Shown here: positions 50,444 to 59,108 of the stretch, one piece after another | Numbering within the stretch: position 1 is the stretch's first letter | Layout: every line of letters begins with the position of its first letter | Assembly (NCBI GenBank): GCA_937926175.1 | Contig: CALANV010000030.1 | Location: forward strand, 64,451 to 128,450 | Direction of reading: 5' to 3' | Length of the DNA: 64,000 nt | Source of the DNA: an uncultured Rhodospirillales bacterium | Lineage (GTDB): Bacteria; Pseudomonadota; Alphaproteobacteria; CACIAM-22H2 | Notes under the pieces: generated by a model | The model's input: only the letters and a program-made list of their open reading frames with translations | Database searches by the model: none | What the model was told of the DNA's origin: nothing | Made by a program: the position numbers and the translations under genes

Positions 50444-50956
50444 CTACTCGGTGCGCTGGTCCGTGTCGACGCTGCCGGTCTCGATCGGGTCACCGGCGAG
50501 AACGCGAACCAGCCGCTCGATGAACGCGATGAACAGGACGCTGACGCCCAGCGCCATCGCCGTCTCGGGAATCCACAGCGGCGTTGCGTCGTTCGACTGC
50601 GAGATGTCGTTGAAGGTGTACGACCACCAGACCATCTTGATGCTGTAGAAGGCGAACAGGCCGGAAAGCAGCGTGCCCACGCCGAGGCACCAGATTTCGA
50701 GCGCACGCCGTGGCCGGCCCGTCAGCTTCTGCAGGACCAGTGTGACGCGGATGTGGTCGCCGTGTCCGAACGCATAGGCAAGCGCGAGGAAAGACGCAGC
50801 CGCCATCGCATAGCCGGCATAGGCATCGATGCCGCGCACATAGAAACCGAGAAGGCGCCCGACGATGCTGGCCAGGACCAGGACGAGAATCCCGACCATC
50901 GCGACACCGGCAAGCGCGCCGCAGACACGATAAAGATTGTTCAGAATCGAACGCAC
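50444..50956 (-). CDS. dctQ: TRAP transporter small permease
   Basis: 170 aa with 4 TM helices, located 7 nt upstream of dctM. Confidence 0.8.
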   Translation of the reverse strand: MRSILNNLYRVCGALAGVAMVGILVLVLASIVGRLLGFYVRGIDAYAGYAMAAASFLALAYAFGHGDHIRVTLVLQKLTGRPRRALEIWCLGVGTLLSGLFAFYSIKMVWWSYTFNDISQSNDATPLWIPETAMALGVSVLFIAFIERLVRVLAGDPIETGSVDTDQRTE

Positions 50957-51021
50957 GTATAACCCGAATGAAGTCGGGGCCGGCTCGACGACGCCGGCCC
51001 CGGCGGATCACATCTTCCTGA

Positions 51022-51996
51022 TCACATCTTCCTGTAGGCGTCGACGATCGCCTTGCCGTCGGCGCCGGCGCGTTTGAGCCACTCCTCGGTGAGCGTCTCG
51101 CCGATCTTCTTGAAGCCGCTCGCAAGCGCCGGGCTCGGGCTCTGGACCTTCATCCCGTTCTTGCGCAGCGCGTCGAGCGCGTCGTTCATCTCTTCCTTGC
51201 TCATCTCGATGCCGCGCGCCTCGGCCTTCGCGGCTGCGTCACGCAGTGCCTTCTTGGTCGCGTCGTCGAGCGCGTTGAATGCCGCGCTGTTCGCGAAGAT
51301 CACGTTGTACGGGAGCCAAGCCTGCGTGTCGTAGAAGTGCGACAGGGCCTCCCAGACCTTCGAGTCGCGTCCCGTGGACCCCGACGAAATGAACGAGTTG
51401 ACGACGCCGGTCGCGAGCGCCTGCGCGAGCTCCGCCGCCTGGATGGTCACCGGCTGCGCGCCGACGAGTTCGGCGATACGGGCCGTGCCGGGATTGTAGG
51501 CCCGGAACTTGAGGCCCTTCATGTCCTCGATCGTGTTCAGTTCCTTGTTCGCGTAGATGCCCTGCGGCGGCCACGGCACCGCGTAGAGAAGCGTCAGCCC
51601 CTGGGCGGCCAGCTTCTTCTCGATCACCGGCCGTGCGGCTTTCCACAGCTTTGCCGATTCGTCGTAGCTGGTGACGAGGAACGGAACGACATCGACGCCG
51701 AACACGGCATCCTCGTTCTCCATGTTCGACATCAGCAGCTCGCCGATCTGGGCCTGTCCGGTCTGAACGGCGCGCTTGATTTCGGGCACCTTGAAGAGCG
51801 ACGCCCCCGCATGGACCCGGATGTCGAGTTTGCCGCCGGTCGCCTGACGGACATCGTCGGCGAATGCGACGAGGTTTTTCGAATGGAAGTTGGACGGCGG
51901 ATAGCCGGCCGGCAGATCCCACTTGGTCTGGGCCGATGCCGCACCGGCCCACAGAACAATCGCGCCCGCGACAGCGAGCGAGACGAGCTTGTTCAT
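51022..51996 (-). CDS. dctP: TRAP transporter substrate-binding protein, DctP family
   Basis: 324 aa with a signal peptide (MNKLVSLAVAGAIVLWAGAASA) and the DctP-fold. The track ORF 51022..52437 is an over-extension. Confidence 0.85.
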   Translation of the reverse strand: MNKLVSLAVAGAIVLWAGAASAQTKWDLPAGYPPSNFHSKNLVAFADDVRQATGGKLDIRVHAGASLFKVPEIKRAVQTGQAQIGELLMSNMENEDAVFGVDVVPFLVTSYDESAKLWKAARPVIEKKLAAQGLTLLYAVPWPPQGIYANKELNTIEDMKGLKFRAYNPGTARIAELVGAQPVTIQAAELAQALATGVVNSFISSGSTGRDSKVWEALSHFYDTQAWLPYNVIFANSAAFNALDDATKKALRDAAAKAEARGIEMSKEEMNDALDALRKNGMKVQSPSPALASGFKKIGETLTEEWLKRAGADGKAIVDAYRKM

Positions 51997-52210
51997 AGCC
52001 TTCCCCGCGTTGAGGTTTATGGGTTGTCGAGAGGTCCGTATGCTGGCCGACCAAGCAACGAGGGTCAAGGAAGTTCGCGAATCCTTGGACACGCTAAGAG
52101 ATGGACGGAATCGAGCGCGCGGACGTCCCGGCCCTCGAGTCCCAGCACAGCCGGACCAGCCCGGACATCCGCAGGCAGCGCACCTTTCATGACGCCTCGG
52201 CACATGGGCA

Positions 52211-53125
52211 TCACGCGTGCGAGAACATCCGGTGCCCGGCCACCGGCATCTCGCAGCGGAGAATGCAGCCGGTCGCCGATTCGGTGATGAACAACGACCT
52301 GCCGTCCGGCCCGCCAAAGGCGACGTTCGTTCCATAATTGTCCTCGGGCAGCTCGGCAAGATGGGTCGGCCGCCCGCGCCGGTCGAAGCGCCAGATGCCG
52401 ATCCCCAAATGCGCGACGACGACTCCCCCCTCGACATCGACCGCTAGGCCGTCCGGCCCGGCAAATCCACCCGAGAGCTGGATCCATGTCCCTACCTTGG
52501 AGACGCCGCCATCGAGCATGAGCGGCAGCCGCCAGACGGCATTGGCGCGTGGCCGCGACGTAGAGCTGATCCTCGGCCGGACTCAGCACGATCCCGTTCG
52601 GACTGGGAACCGTATCGATCAGAAGCTCCGGCGTGCCGCCCTCGCGCAGCCGACAGACGCGTCCGGTCGGATCGTGCAAACCGGTCTGACCCTGGTCGGT
52701 GAAATAGAGATCGCCGTTGCTCGTGAACACGAGGTCGTTCACGCCCTTGAAGCTCTCCGACCGGCGCGTCTCGACGAGAGGCGTCACCTTGCCGCTGTCC
52801 GGGTCGAGCAGCATGATCCCCCGCTTGTAGTCGGCGATGAAGATGCGGCCATCCCGGTGAATCTTGAGACCGTGGGCCAGCCGTCATATTCGGTCACGAG
52901 CGTCCACATCCCGTCCGGCGAGATGCGGAATATGCGCCCGAACGGAATGTCGGTCACATAGAGATTGCTTGCCCGGTCGAAGCTCGGTCCTTCGAGGAAG
53001 GAATCGACGGCGTTGCCGCCACGGTTCGCATCGGCCCAGGCGGTAGGGACCTTGTGCCGAAACTTGTCCGGCAGTCGCGAGAAGATGCTGACCGGCAACC
53101 GCGCCGGCGGCGGATAAAGTCCCAT
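52211..53125 (-). pseudogene. SMP-30/gluconolactonase/LRE family gene disrupted by two frameshifts
   Basis: Three consecutive minus-strand ORFs in different frames together encode an SMP-30 beta-propeller protein: 53125..52860 (MGLYPPPARL...VTEYDGWP), 52814..52550 (MLLDPDSGKVTPLVE...DLYFTDQG...LYVAATR) and 52519..52211 (MLDGGVSKVGTW...SLFITESATGCILRC). The junction near 52868 reads ...TGG CCC ACG GTC TCA AG... where ...TGG CCC AAC GGT CTC AAG... is expected (WPNGLKIHRDGRIFIADYKRG). This looks like a 1-nt deletion. There is a second shift near 52530-52560. Confidence 0.7.
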
Positions 53126-53150
53126 GCGTCGTCCCCCCGGCCGAGCGCGC

Positions 53151-53984
53151 CTAACCGTTTCCTTCCGGCTCGACGTCGCGCGGCCCCTTGCCAACGTAGC
53201 TGTAGAGAAAATCGGGCGGGATCGGCCCCTTGTTGCGGCCGCCCTGCCCGTGCTGCTCCCAGGCGTGTGCAAGTATGCCCACCGCACGCGACAGAATGAA
53301 CAGGCCCCGTCCAAGTTTCGGCGCAAAGCCGAGCTCGGAGAAGACGACCGCCGCGCTGCCGTCGATGTTCATGGTCAGGTGTTTGCCAGACCGGACCGCG
53401 AGCGCCTCTTCCACCGCACGGCCGATGGCGGCGAAACGTCCGGAAACAGTCCCCGCGCGTGCGGCGGCGTCGACGAGGGCAAGCAGGCGCGGTCCACGCG
53501 GATCGACCGGATGAAAGCGGTGGCCGAACCCGGGAACGTACTTGCCGTGCTCAGCCTGGAAGCGATCAAGGGTCTGCGCCACCGCCGCCGTAAGGGAGCT
53601 ACCGCCCTGCACGGCGGCATCGATCGCGGCGAACAGTTCCATCGCCTGCTCGCCGGCGCCGCCATGCACGTCGCCAAGCACGTTGATCGCCGACGCCATC
53701 GCGTTGTTGATGCCGACGCCGCAGGTCATCGCCATCCGCGCGATGGCGATCGAAGGAGCCTGCGGCCCATGATCCACCGCCGCGACCAGCGCGGCGCCGA
53801 GGAGATCGGCCTCGGCCTTGCCGGGAATCTCGCCCCGCAGCATCAGCCAGATCATCTGCGCGAAGTCGATGTTGCCGATCAGTTGCTCGATCGGATAGCC
53901 GCGAATGCGGATTTTGCCGGGTTCGATGTCGATGATCTCGGTACGCCACCAGTTGCGCGCGGCCTCGCGCGACGAATCGCTCAT
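53151..53984 (-). CDS. citryl-CoA lyase: a small citrate-synthase-fold enzyme lacking the N-terminal domain
   Basis: 277 aa with citrate synthase active-site motifs (PGFGHRFHPVDPRG compared with GFGHRVYKxxDPRA, and TMNIDGSAAVVFSELGF compared with PNVDFYSGIIYRALGF). Its ATG overlaps the upstream CoA-transferase stop. Confidence 0.75.
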   Translation of the reverse strand: MSDSSREAARNWWRTEIIDIEPGKIRIRGYPIEQLIGNIDFAQMIWLMLRGEIPGKAEADLLGAALVAAVDHGPQAPSIAIARMAMTCGVGINNAMASAINVLGDVHGGAGEQAMELFAAIDAAVQGGSSLTAAVAQTLDRFQAEHGKYVPGFGHRFHPVDPRGPRLLALVDAAARAGTVSGRFAAIGRAVEEALAVRSGKHLTMNIDGSAAVVFSELGFAPKLGRGLFILSRAVGILAHAWEQHGQGGRNKGPIPPDFLYSYVGKGPRDVEPEGNG

Positions 53985-55183
53985 ATCGCTCCCTCCTCGC
54001 GCAGCCGCGCGATCTCGGCCGCGTCGTAGCCGATCTCGCGCAGGACCGACTCGGTGTCCGCGCCCAAGGCCGGCGGCGGCGTGGATACCGCCGGCCTGCC
54101 GTCCGACAGTTTGAAACCGCCCCGCACGACGGTGACCGGGCGATCGACGCCAGGCACTACCGCGAAATGTTGCAGCAGATCGCGATGACGGACCTGCGGA
54201 TGCTCCAATACCTCGGGCACCGACAGGATCCGGCCGGCCGGCACGCCGTTCGCGTTGAACAGCGCCTCCCAGTCGGCAGCACTTCGCGCCGCCAGGGCCT
54301 TCTCCAGCTCGTCGCGGAGCGCATACCTGTTCTTCTTTCGCGCTTCGCGCTCGGCGAACCGCGGATCAGCGACAAGCTCCGACCGGCCGACGAGGCGGCA
54401 GAGCGTCTCGAACTGTTCCTGCTTGTTGGCCGCGATATTGAGAAGCCCGTCGCCGGTCCGGAACGTGCCGGAAGGGCTGGCCGTCATGTTCTCGTTGCCC
54501 ATCGGCTTCGGCGGCACGCCGGCGATCAGCCAGTTCGAGACAACCCAGCCCAGCGTCACCAGCGTCGCTTCCAGCATCGAGACGTCGATGTACTGGCCCG
54601 TGCCGCGGACCTGCCTGCCGTAGAGGGCGCTCGCGATCGCGAATGCCGCCGTGATCCCCCCGACCGTATCGCAGACGGGATAACCGACGCGCAGCGGTGC
54701 GCTCGTCTCGTCGCCCGTCACGCTCATCACGCCGGAAAGGCCCTGGACGATCTGGTCATAGGCCGGATTGTCGCGCAACGGACCGTCCTGGCCGAATCCC
54801 GAGATCGCGCAGTAGACGAGATCGGGCTTCTCCGCCCGCAACGCGACGTACCCGAGACCGAGCCGGTCCATGACGCCGGGACGAAAATTCTCGAGCACGA
54901 CGTCCGCCGTCCTGACGAGACGCAGGAAGACGTCGCGCCCGCGCCTGGACTTCAGGTTCAGGGTGACGGATTTCTTGCCGCCGTTCTGCGCCAGGAACGA
55001 CGCCCCCATCAGGCGGCGGTTGAGCTCCGGATCGGCGCCGAGCTGCCGGGCAAGATCACCCGTCCCTGGCATTTCGATCTTGATCACCTCGGCGCCCATC
55101 AGCGCGAGCTGATAGCCGCAGAACGGGCCCGCAAGAACGTTGGTGAGATCGAGGACCCGAACGCCCTGGAGCGGCAGCGACAC
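53981..55183 (-). CDS. family III CoA-transferase (CaiB/BaiF family)
   Basis: MSLPLQGVRVLDLTNVLAGPFCG... is the typical family III N-terminus, and the catalytic Asp region is present (GVMDRLGLGY...). I chose the GTG start at 55183. The track starts at an upstream GTG at 55243. Confidence 0.85.
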   Translation of the reverse strand: MSLPLQGVRVLDLTNVLAGPFCGYQLALMGAEVIKIEMPGTGDLARQLGADPELNRRLMGASFLAQNGGKKSVTLNLKSRRGRDVFLRLVRTADVVLENFRPGVMDRLGLGYVALRAEKPDLVYCAISGFGQDGPLRDNPAYDQIVQGLSGVMSVTGDETSAPLRVGYPVCDTVGGITAAFAIASALYGRQVRGTGQYIDVSMLEATLVTLGWVVSNWLIAGVPPKPMGNENMTASPSGTFRTGDGLLNIAANKQEQFETLCRLVGRSELVADPRFAEREARKKNRYALRDELEKALAARSAADWEALFNANGVPAGRILSVPEVLEHPQVRHRDLLQHFAVVPGVDRPVTVVRGGFKLSDGRPAVSTPPPALGADTESVLREIGYDAAEIARLREEGAI

Positions 55184-55429
55184 CGTCAGCTCTCGAAGTT
55201 GCAGATACCACCGCACGCGGCATGAAAGACCCGTAGGCCCCACGCGACGCGCGAGGCCGCTCGCCGCGAGCGCACGTGATCGGCAGAAGCAGAATAGGTC
55301 CCGTCTTCCCGACGGTCAAAAGCAATACGGGCCGGTCTCGTTCCCGTCGGTACGAGACATGTCGACATCGTCGCACGGGCCGCCCGCGGGTGTACCCGCA
55401 ACGACGAGAAACCGTCCGATCCAGGGCGG

Positions 55430-56029
55430 TTACGGCTGAAGCGGCTTGATCCAGAACGTCAGCGGCTTCGGCGTCGCCCGATCCTCGTCGATCTCCTTCC
55501 ACTCGAAGGTCGTGACGAGATCAGGCCGCTTGACGAAGCCGCGCTTCGTCCAGAATTCGTCGAGCGGTACGTAGTCCTTCGGACGACGCGGATGATCGGG
55601 CGGCCGGTCCACCGCGCAGAATGTCGCATAGCGGAAGCCGAGCGAACGGGCCCGTTCCTCGCGGCGGGCAAAGAAAGCGACACCGATCCCGCGGCCGCGA
55701 TATTCGGGCAGCAGCACGGACTCGCCAAAATAATAGTATTCGGCCGGGTCGAGTCCCTTGGACATGAACGGTCGCATGACTTCCTCGCCTGCGTTCACCA
55801 TCGGCAGCGCCGTCGAGGCGCCCACGGTGCGGGTCCCGTCGCGCGCGACGACGACCGTGCTTTCGGGCAGATCCAGGAACTTGCGCAGGTAGTTGCGCTC
55901 GTAATCGAGGTCGCCGTCGTAGAGATAGGGAAACGCGCGGAAGACCTCGATCCGCAGGCGCGCAACATCGGCGATGGCCGGCTCGACCGCCCTGCCCGTC
56001 AAGACTTCAATGGTAATCGTATCCGTCAT
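55430..56029 (-). CDS. GNAT family N-acetyltransferase
   Basis: Acetyl-CoA binding motif (LLPEYRGRGIGVAFFARREERARSLG). The alternative start at 56047 would overlap the NTF2-like gene by 22 nt. Confidence 0.75.
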   Translation of the reverse strand: MTDTITIEVLTGRAVEPAIADVARLRIEVFRAFPYLYDGDLDYERNYLRKFLDLPESTVVVARDGTRTVGASTALPMVNAGEEVMRPFMSKGLDPAEYYYFGESVLLPEYRGRGIGVAFFARREERARSLGFRYATFCAVDRPPDHPRRPKDYVPLDEFWTKRGFVKRPDLVTTFEWKEIDEDRATPKPLTFWIKPLQP

Positions 56030-56430
56030 GCGACCTGCCTGAGCCATTCCTTGACGCTGTAGTGGTTCGAGACACGCACGATCTTGCCGTCACGGACCTC
56101 GAAGAACGCGCCGACGCGCAGCGAGTATTTTTGCCCCCGCGCGGCCGGCAGGCCGTTGTCGGTCGCCAGATACGTACCATCGACGAAGAACTCGGCGGCG
56201 GCGCGCGTTCCCGTCTGGTCCGTCATGATCACGAGATCCCGCACGTGCTCGCGGTAGCACCGGTTCATGTACTCGAGAAAGCGTCGGAAGGCCGCCTTGC
56301 CGATCTCGCGTGCCCCTTCATTGATGTCATGGACGACCTGATCGTCGAGGAGGGCCAGGAAGCCTTCGATGTCGCCGGCGTTGAAGCGATCGTAATAGGC
56401 CCGGATCAGGGCTTCGGTTTCGTTGCGCAT
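56026..56430 (-). CDS. NTF2-like / SnoaL-like (ketosteroid isomerase fold) protein
   Basis: 134 aa. The YYDRFNAGDIEGFLALLDDQVVHD opening is typical of SnoaL_2/NTF2-like proteins. Confidence 0.6.
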   Translation of the reverse strand: MRNETEALIRAYYDRFNAGDIEGFLALLDDQVVHDINEGAREIGKAAFRRFLEYMNRCYREHVRDLVIMTDQTGTRAAAEFFVDGTYLATDNGLPAARGQKYSLRVGAFFEVRDGKIVRVSNHYSVKEWLRQVA

Positions 56431-56438
56431 GGGTCTCT

Positions 56439-57659
56439 CTATTGCTCCATCAAGGCAACCGCGCCCTCGCGGACGAGGCGATCGATATCGTCGTCCCCGT
56501 ACCCGAGCGAACGCAAGACTTCTTCCGTGTGTTCACCGAACACCGGAGCCGGCCGGCGGACGCCGCCGGGCGTGGCCGAAAACTTCACCGGCGCGCCGAT
56601 CGTCTCCACATCGCCGAGCCGGCTGTGCCGGGTCGTGACTACCATGTCGCGCGCGCGAGTCTGCGGATCCGCGTGCATCTCGGCAATGGACAGCACCGGT
56701 CCGGCCGGCACGCCGGCCGCATCCAGGCAGGACAGCCATGCCGCCGTCGTCCGTGTGCGCAGCTTTGCCGACAGAAGATCGACGAGCACAGCGAGATTGG
56801 CCATCCGATCGGCATTCGTCTTGAAACGGGGATCGGCCTTCAGTTCCGGCGCGCCGATGGCATCGACGAACCGCTCCCAGTTGGTCTGATTGGCGGCACC
56901 GACATTGATCCACCCGTCCGCCGTCGGGAATGCCTGATAGGGCGCATTGAGCGGATGCGCCGAGCCGAGCGGCCCCGGCGAGATGCCCGTCGCGAAGCAG
57001 ATCGCCGACTGCCAATAGGTATGGACGATCCCGGCCTCGAACAGCGACGTGTCGACCATCTGTCCTTTTCCGGTCTTGAGGCGATGAACATAGGCCGCGA
57101 GCACGCCCATCGCCGCAAGAATGCCGGCCGTGATGTCGGTGACCGGTGCGCCGACCTTGACCGGCGGCCGACCCGGACCCTCGCCGGTGATGCTCATGAG
57201 CCCGCTCATACCCTGCGCGATCAGGTCGAATCCGCCGCGGTCGGCATAGGGGCCGGTACGGCCGAAGCCCGACACGGCGCAGTAGATCAGGCCGGGATTC
57301 GTGTGGCTGAGTTCCTCGTACCCCAGTCCCAGCCGTTCCATCGTGCCGCGCCGATGGTTCTCGATCAGCACGTCGGCATCGCGCAGGAGGCGGCGCAGCA
57401 CCTCGACACCGCCCGACGTCTTGAGGTTCACCGCGATGCCCCGCTTGTTGCGGTTCATCATCAGGAAGGCAGCGGACTCGCTACCGACCTTCGGCGGCAC
57501 CATTCGCCGCGTGTCGTCGCCGCCCGGCATCTTCTCGACCTTCACCACATCGGCGCCGAGATCGGCCAACATCAGGCCGCACACCGGCCCCGCCATGATG
57601 TGCGCAAGTTCGACGACCTTGAGCCCGGCGAGCGGGCCTGCCGGATGGGGCGAGTTCAT
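56439..57659 (-). CDS. family III CoA-transferase (second paralog)
   Basis: N-terminus LAGLKVVELAHIMAGPVCGLMLADLGADVVKVE... and the conserved family III core are present. Its start codon shares 1 nt with the hydratase stop. Confidence 0.85.
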   Translation of the reverse strand: MNSPHPAGPLAGLKVVELAHIMAGPVCGLMLADLGADVVKVEKMPGGDDTRRMVPPKVGSESAAFLMMNRNKRGIAVNLKTSGGVEVLRRLLRDADVLIENHRRGTMERLGLGYEELSHTNPGLIYCAVSGFGRTGPYADRGGFDLIAQGMSGLMSITGEGPGRPPVKVGAPVTDITAGILAAMGVLAAYVHRLKTGKGQMVDTSLFEAGIVHTYWQSAICFATGISPGPLGSAHPLNAPYQAFPTADGWINVGAANQTNWERFVDAIGAPELKADPRFKTNADRMANLAVLVDLLSAKLRTRTTAAWLSCLDAAGVPAGPVLSIAEMHADPQTRARDMVVTTRHSRLGDVETIGAPVKFSATPGGVRRPAPVFGEHTEEVLRSLGYGDDDIDRLVREGAVALMEQ

Positions 57660-58462
57660 CAGCGTCCCTTGAACTCAGGCTTCTTCTTTTCGAGGAACGC
57701 TTTCACGCCGATGCGGAAGTCCTCGGTATCGTAGCAGGCATAATTCTCGTCGATGTCGGCGCGGGTAAGCGGCGTACCCTCCTCGAGCCGGCGAATGAAG
57801 CGTTTGTGCCAGCGGTTGACGAGCGGCGCGCCGCTTGCGATTCGCGCCGCCGTGGCATAGGCCTCCGCCTCGACCTCCTCGTCGGGAACGACGCGGGTCA
57901 CGAGGCCCTTCGCATAGGCCTCGTCGGCGCTCATGATCCGCCCCTCGAGCAGAATCTCCAGCGTCGTCGCGCGCCCGACCAGCGCCAGCAGGGCCTTGAG
58001 CTCGGGATACGCGATCGTCAATCCCAGACGATTGATCGGCACACCGAAGCGGCTCGACGTACCGCAGATGCGAAGGTCGCACATGGCGGCGAGCTCCAGC
58101 CCCCCGCCGACGCACGCACCCCGGATCAGCGCGACGGTCGGATGCGGACAGTCGAGAATGGCGGTCGTCGCACGATTGACCCACTTGTCATAGGTCTCGG
58201 CTTCGGCCGAACTCGCCCGCTCCCGCGCAAACTCGGATATGTCCGCGCCTGCTGCAAAGGCCTGACTGCCGGCGCCACGGATGACGATGCAGCGCACCGT
58301 CTGGTCGTCCCGCAGTTCCTCCATCACATCCCCGAAACGCTTCCAGGCCGGAAGATTGAGAGCGTTGAACTTGTGCGGCCTGTTCAGCGTGACCGTGACG
58401 ATCGCGCCGTCGCGGCTCACGAGGACGGATTCGCCCGCCCCTGCGGTAGCGGCGTCGGTCAT
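57659..58462 (-). CDS. enoyl-CoA hydratase/isomerase (crotonase) family protein
   Basis: Crotonase fold: oxyanion-hole segment (RGAGSQAFAAGADISEF) and the catalytic region (ACVGGGLELAAMCDLRI). Confidence 0.85.
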   Translation of the reverse strand: MTDAATAGAGESVLVSRDGAIVTVTLNRPHKFNALNLPAWKRFGDVMEELRDDQTVRCIVIRGAGSQAFAAGADISEFARERASSAEAETYDKWVNRATTAILDCPHPTVALIRGACVGGGLELAAMCDLRICGTSSRFGVPINRLGLTIAYPELKALLALVGRATTLEILLEGRIMSADEAYAKGLVTRVVPDEEVEAEAYATAARIASGAPLVNRWHKRFIRRLEEGTPLTRADIDENYACYDTEDFRIGVKAFLEKKKPEFKGR

Positions 58463-58604
58463 GATGCTCCTTCGGACGTGACGGACCTTGGCCCGGAATC
58501 TTCGCTTTACCGGTCAAGACGCAGCCGGTCAATCCATGCGCGCTTGACAGCCGAGCATGGGTCGCATGCGATCATGCCGGCAAGTATTGGGCGGACCTCG
58601 GGCA

Positions 58605-59099
58605 ATGATGCTTCGCGTGCTTTTGGTTCTGGGCGCGATCCTGGCGACGGCCAGTCCCCTGCCCGGCCGGACCGCGGAGTTCGACCAGGGCGCCACGGCC
58701 TATCTGCGCGGCGATTTCGCCGATGCGCTGGCCATCTGGCAGCCGCTCGCGGAGGCCGGCGACGCACGGTGTCAGTTCAATGTCGGCCTGCTCCATGAAC
58801 GGGGCCAGGGCGTGCCGCAGAGCGATGACGAGGCGGCGCGATGGTACCTTCGCGCAGCCAACCAGGGCTACGCGCCGGCCCAGCATCGCCTCGGTCAGAT
58901 GCTTGCCGAGGGACGCAGTGCCGGTGCCGACCCGGTGGCGGCCTATTTCTGGCTTACGCTCGCCGAGCGTGCGCACGGCGCAGGCGGCACGTCGCGCTGG
59001 ATCGCGATGCAGCGCGAGGCCGTGCGCCGCAAGCTGTCGCCCGAGCAGCTCGCCGAAGCCGACGCCGCGATCCTCGTCTGGCGACCGGTCCGGGAATAG
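58605..59099 (+). CDS. Sel1-repeat (TPR-like) secreted protein
   Basis: Signal peptide followed by 3 Sel1 repeats (AQ/CQFNLGLLHERGQGVPQSDDEAARWY...). Confidence 0.7.
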   Translation: MMLRVLLVLGAILATASPLPGRTAEFDQGATAYLRGDFADALAIWQPLAEAGDARCQFNVGLLHERGQGVPQSDDEAARWYLRAANQGYAPAQHRLGQMLAEGRSAGADPVAAYFWLTLAERAHGAGGTSRWIAMQREAVRRKLSPEQLAEADAAILVWRPVRE

Positions 59100-59108
59100 C
59101 GGCGCCGC

